From Oscillospiraceae bacterium (GTDB taxonomy: Bacteria > Bacillota > Clostridia > Oscillospirales > CAG-272), in the NCBI GenBank assembly GCA_015064545.1, contig SVSA01000002.1:1-58331 (forward strand): a stretch of 58,331 nucleotides of DNA. The letters are read 5' to 3'. Below the pieces are notes generated by a model that saw nothing but the letters and a program-made list of their open reading frames with translations, ran no database searches and had not been told where the DNA came from. Of this stretch, positions 55,181-58,331 are shown piece after piece. The position numbers and the translations under genes were made by a program. The first letter of the stretch is position 1, and every line of letters begins with the position of its first letter.

Positions 55181-55906
55181 GACTCCGTCGAGCGTGACGC
55201 TATCGGCCCAATATGTCTGAACAACGATGGTCATTCCTGCTTCGGTAGGCTTCCGATAGGTTGTGAGCGAAAGGGCAATTTCCAAAAGAGAGTTGTCCGC
55301 AAGACGATAGGCAACTTGCGTAACTGCTTTTCCGCTGCTGGTAATGGAATCGAACTGCTCCCCAAAGATTTTTTTAATCGAAGCGAAATCAGAGCTCGTG
55401 GATAATTGAGCAATATCGGAGGATGTTGCCGAGGAATGCGGGATGACCGACGGCGTGGCGGTTACATTTTCCGGCTTAATGGTGTAAAAACCATTTTCGT
55501 CGGTTTCGAGGACGACGTCATCAAGAGAAATGGATTCAACCGAGAAGAGATTAACATAAGAATCAATCGGATCCTGATAACTTAGCTCGGGAATGGACGG
55601 ACGGCTAATTTTGACATACAGCTTTTGGAAATTCGACAAGGTGTAGCACAGAATGTCGCCGTAAAACTCGCCGCTTGGCACGTTGACTCCCGATTCACTA
55701 GAAACGAGGAAATAGTGATTGCCAAGCAGCGCGTTTGCCTCGTTCCAAGCCATGCCGGGCTTGATTTTGAAAACGGCATTGGCAATTACATCTTCGGCAA
55801 GGACAGTGTCCTCGAATTTGGCGAGATTGTCTGTGGTCGGCTTAACACACGCGCCGAGCACACTGAGCGTTAAAAGAAGCAGGAGAAAAAGGCAAAACCG
55901 TTTCAT
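55133..55906 (-). CDS. lipoprotein (module family)
   Basis: Start at MKRFCLFLLLLLTLSVLGAC. IKPGMAWNEANALLGNHYF. C-terminus ALQTDEAGNFLLPDA. Confidence 0.7.
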   Translation of the reverse strand: MKRFCLFLLLLLTLSVLGACVKPTTDNLAKFEDTVLAEDVIANAVFKIKPGMAWNEANALLGNHYFLVSSESGVNVPSGEFYGDILCYTLSNFQKLYVKISRPSIPELSYQDPIDSYVNLFSVESISLDDVVLETDENGFYTIKPENVTATPSVIPHSSATSSDIAQLSTSSDFASIKKIFGEQFDSITSSGKAVTQVAYRLADNSLLEIALSLTTYRKPTEAGMTIVVQTYWADSVTLDGVALQTDEAGNFLLPDA

Positions 55907-55957
55907 GTTAGTTCTCACTTTCCGATGGTATGGAATGGATGGCAAGGGAGGAGGTGT

Positions 55958-56136
55958 CCGCCGCGCGGCCGTTGCACTCATCCGTTCACAAAGGTTCGGT
56001 CAGGAAAAAACGGCGAGACACAGGCCGCGCGGGAAAATGCTCGCAGGACATGGGACTCGCCTCCTTTTTGGATTCTCTGTATCATCAGTATAGCATATAG
56101 CGTTATCTCTGTCAATCGTTTTTTCAATATCACCAA
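55958..56136 (-). repeat. IR1 copy B: promoter+leader segment (inverted partner of 1357-1537)
   Basis: See IR1 copy A. Confidence 0.9.
56087..56115 (-). promoter_or_regulatory. sigma-A-type promoter of the right-hand lipoprotein operon
   Basis: On the minus strand: TTGACA, 17 nt, TATACT (same as the promoter at 1378-1406). Confidence 0.6.
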
Positions 56137-56166
56137 CAAACTTCACGGTTTCACCGCCGCACACTC

Positions 56167-56676
56167 ATGCCGATGATACTTGGTGAAATCAAGCGCTATC
56201 TCCGCGACAATAACGCCATCCGCGTCAGCCGCTCGATGCGCGATCTGGCCTACCGCGCACTCCGCCTCCGCGAGCAGCTTGCCGCCGAACGAAACAGCGA
56301 GCCGACGGTGGAGGATATTGTGGCGGCGATGGCGGCGCAGGGGGAGCCGCACCGCAAAGAGGAGGTTGTGACGGCGCTGGAGGCCATTGCGCCGACCGTG
56401 TCGCTGTACGATCCGGTCTACGGTGACGGCGGCGGGGATTCGTTATATGTCATGGATCAGGTGCGCGATGAATCGGCGGGCGAGGATGCCTGGCTGGAAA
56501 GCATTGCGCTGAAGGAAGCGATGAAAACCCTTTCGCCCCGCGAAAAGACGATTCTCGGTATGCGCTTCTACCGCGGCAAAACACAGATGGAGATTGCCGC
56601 CGAAATCGGCATCTCGCAGGCGCAGGTGTCGCGGCTCGAAAAGGGGGCGCTGGCGCGTATCCGCAAGCTGATGTAA
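56167..56676 (+). pseudogene. sigG: 5'-truncated SigG/SigF-family sporulation sigma factor (end of region 2 through region 4 only)
   Basis: PMILGEIKRYLRDNNAIRVSRSMRDLAYRAL..., YVMDQVRDE, GKTQMEIAAEIGISQAQVSRLEK match the C-terminal ~165 aa of SigG. The upstream in-frame sequence has a stop at 56098 and no region 1.2-2.3 similarity. Confidence 0.75.
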
Positions 56677-56783
56677 GGCAGGGCCGTCGGCCCTTGCCGA
56701 CGGCTTTTGTCTTGACAAACCGAGGGGAGGATGGTATACTGAACAGGGGATTTCTCCCCAAAAACAGAAGCAATGAGGTAATT

Positions 56784-57707
56784 ATGGAGCTGTTACGATG
56801 GTTTGAACAGATTCGCACCCCCTTTTTCGACAGCGCGTTTTCTCTTGTCACACGTCTCGGTGAGGAGACGCTGATTGTGGTCGCGGGGCTTCTCTTTTTC
56901 TGGTGTATCAGCAAAAAGCAGGGCTATTACCTGCTCGCGGTCGGCTTTGTCGGCACGGTGCTCAATCAGTTTTTGAAGATTGCCTGTCGGATTCCCCGGC
57001 CGTGGGTCAAGGACAGCAGCTTTACGATCGTCGAAAGCGCCCGCGCCGAGGCAACAGGCTATTCCTTCCCTTCGGGACATACCCAGAACGCGGTCGGTAT
57101 CTTCGGCGGCATCGCCCGTGCCAATAAAAATACCGTGCTCCGCATCCTCTGTGTCATCGCGGCGGTCTTGGTGGCGGTGTCTCGGATGTATCTCGGTGTA
57201 CATACGCCCGCCGATGTCGGTGTGGCGCTTGTCATGGCCGCGGCGCTTGTCTTTGTCCTGTATCCGCTGGTCGGCCGGGCGCTCGAAAGCAAGAAGGGCA
57301 CGCGGCTCTTTTTCCTCGTCATGACGGCGCTGGCGCTGGTCTATGTGCTCTATGCCGCGCTCTGGCCCTTTCCTGCCGATGCCGATGCCGAAAATATTGC
57401 ACACGGTGTGGAAAACGGTTATAAGATTCTCGGCTGTCTTGTCGGGCTGTTCTTGGCGTACGAAATCGACGAGCGTTGGATTCACTTCGATACCAAGGCC
57501 GTCTGGTGGGCGCAGGTGCTCAAGCTCGTGCTTGGCCTGATTCCGTTGCTGGCCATCCAGGCCGGACTGAAGCAGCCCCTCCTTTCCCTGTTCGGCGGTA
57601 ACGCCGCCGCGCACGCCGTGCGGTATTTCCTGATGGTCCTCTATGCCGGCGGCGCCTGGCCCCTGACCTTCCGCTTCTTCGGCAAGCTCGGACGCAAGAA
57701 CGGATAA
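56784..57707 (+). CDS. PAP2-family lipid phosphatase (undecaprenyl-PP/phosphatidate phosphatase-like) with extra C-terminal TM helices
   Basis: Start at MELLRWFEQIRTPFFD. KIACRIPRP, PSGH, SRMYLGVHTPADV. Confidence 0.85.
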   Translation: MELLRWFEQIRTPFFDSAFSLVTRLGEETLIVVAGLLFFWCISKKQGYYLLAVGFVGTVLNQFLKIACRIPRPWVKDSSFTIVESARAEATGYSFPSGHTQNAVGIFGGIARANKNTVLRILCVIAAVLVAVSRMYLGVHTPADVGVALVMAAALVFVLYPLVGRALESKKGTRLFFLVMTALALVYVLYAALWPFPADADAENIAHGVENGYKILGCLVGLFLAYEIDERWIHFDTKAVWWAQVLKLVLGLIPLLAIQAGLKQPLLSLFGGNAAAHAVRYFLMVLYAGGAWPLTFRFFGKLGRKNG

Positions 57708-57721
57708 GGGACGCGTTTCCC

Positions 57722-58331
57722 CCAAGGGGCGCCGCCCCTTGGAACCCCGCTCCTTTCATTGAAAGAAAGGAGCAAAGAAGCGATATAGCCGAAAACTGCG
57801 TTTTCGGCAGGGATTTCTCAGGATCTCCCTGCAAAAAACGCAGTTTTTTGCTATTTCAAAAGTTTTTGGGGTGCAGGGGGATTTTTTCAAAAATCCCCCT
57901 CGCCGGGGTGGCAGGGGCGGCGCCCCTGCGTGTTGGGACGCATCTCCCCCCAAGGGGCGCTGCCCCTTGGAACCCCGCTCCTTTCTTTGAAAGAAAGGAG
58001 CAAAGAAGCAATATAGCCGAAAACTGCGTTTTCGGCAGGGATTTCTTAAGATTTCCCTGCAAAAAACGCAGTTTTTTGCTATTTCAAAAGTTTTTGGGGA
58101 TTCTTAAGGGACTTTTTTCAAAAAGTCCCTTAAGCGGGTGCAGGGCAGAGCCCTGCGTATTGAGGCCGCATCTCCCTCCAAGGGGCGCTGCCCCTTGGAA
58201 CCCCGCTCCTTTCTTTGAAAGAAAGGAGCAAAGAAGCGATATAGCCGAAAACTGCGTTTTCGGCAGGGATTTCTTAAGATTTCCCTGCAAAAAACGCAGT
58301 TTTTTGCTATTTCAAAAGTTTTTGAGGATTC
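57722..58331. repeat. tandem array of 228-bp composite palindromic units (2 full + 1 partial copy; runs off the window)
   Basis: Units start (ccaaggggcg) at 57722, 57950 and 58178. ~140 bp is conserved and ~88 bp variable per unit. Confidence 0.9.

Noticed and set aside
56098-56676. skin-like developmental intervening element splitting the sigma gene.
   Set aside because: No serine or tyrosine recombinase and no phage-like genes lie next to the breakpoint or anywhere in the window. sigG is forespore-expressed, where excision would be heritable. The inverted repeats present would not rejoin a 5' half. A simple truncation is the more parsimonious reading.
57520-58290. Three repeated ~68-aa ORFs on the minus strand of the 3' tandem array (MQGNLKKSLPKTQFSAISLLCSFLSKKGAGFQGAAPLGG...).
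   Set aside because: They start at TTG without an SD, consist entirely of translated palindromes, and diverge exactly where the DNA hairpins change. The repeat is better explained at the nucleic-acid level.
57722-58331. Possible CRISPR array (regular repeats with variable intervening sequence).
   Set aside because: The period is 228 bp with a ~140-bp conserved part, far from the 24-48-bp repeats and similar-sized spacers of CRISPR. The variable parts are themselves palindromic and related between units, and no cas genes are present in the window.
1-58331. tRNA, rRNA, tmRNA, RNase P or SRP RNA genes; transposases, integrases and prophage genes.
   Set aside because: I scanned intergenic regions for the conserved cores (T-loop GGTTCGAATCC, RNase P GAGGAAAGTCC, the tmRNA tag/3' end, SRP GGAAGCAGCC) and found none. 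No ORF shows DDE, serine- or tyrosine-recombinase motifs.

Overview
58.3-kb chromosomal window that looks like a GC-rich (by eye, mid-50s %) spore-former-type Firmicute. Gene content is Clostridia/Oscillospiraceae-like: tig-clpP-clpX, pyk with a PEP-mobile domain, trmK-nif3, thrC, metY/metA, DUF421/DUF4363, DUF1540 and a sigG-like fragment. About 54 protein-coding genes can be supported. I saw no rRNA, tRNA, CRISPR array, transposase, integrase or phage genes. Housekeeping genes fill roughly 15.8-37 kb. The accessory content sits at the two ends and appears linked in three ways. (i) Two oppositely oriented operons (1.4-4.9 kb on +, 52.2-56.1 kb on -) encode exported cysteine-peptidase-fold proteins: a Big_2/ricin/Cys-His peptidase-like protein, and a transglutaminase-core lipoprotein with five near-identical 111-bp Cys-rich repeats. 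Both operons also encode small lipoproteins built from a recurring ~60-70-aa module (GMT..EV..LLG...SG...Y...DG...I.Y). (ii) An ECF sigma factor (15187-15729) is translationally coupled to a membrane protein whose ectodomain is about five copies of the same module. (iii) The two operons share two nearly identical inverted DNA segments, a 181-bp promoter+leader and a 151-bp gene junction, and the right-hand promoter copy abuts a 5'-truncated sigG-like gene. Other notable items are a degenerate P-type-ATPase homologue with a ~390-aa acidic N-terminus, a DUF2975/YozG-type module with two paralogous membrane proteins, and an ABC-2/GldG/DUF4340 operon. There are also three loci of dense composite palindromes: 41.0-41.5 kb, the 0.92-kb metY-metA spacer (a perfect 58-bp inverted repeat around a 218-bp AT-rich core), and a 228-bp tandem array running off the 3' end. 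All functional calls come from motif recognition by eye; no database search or folding program was run.
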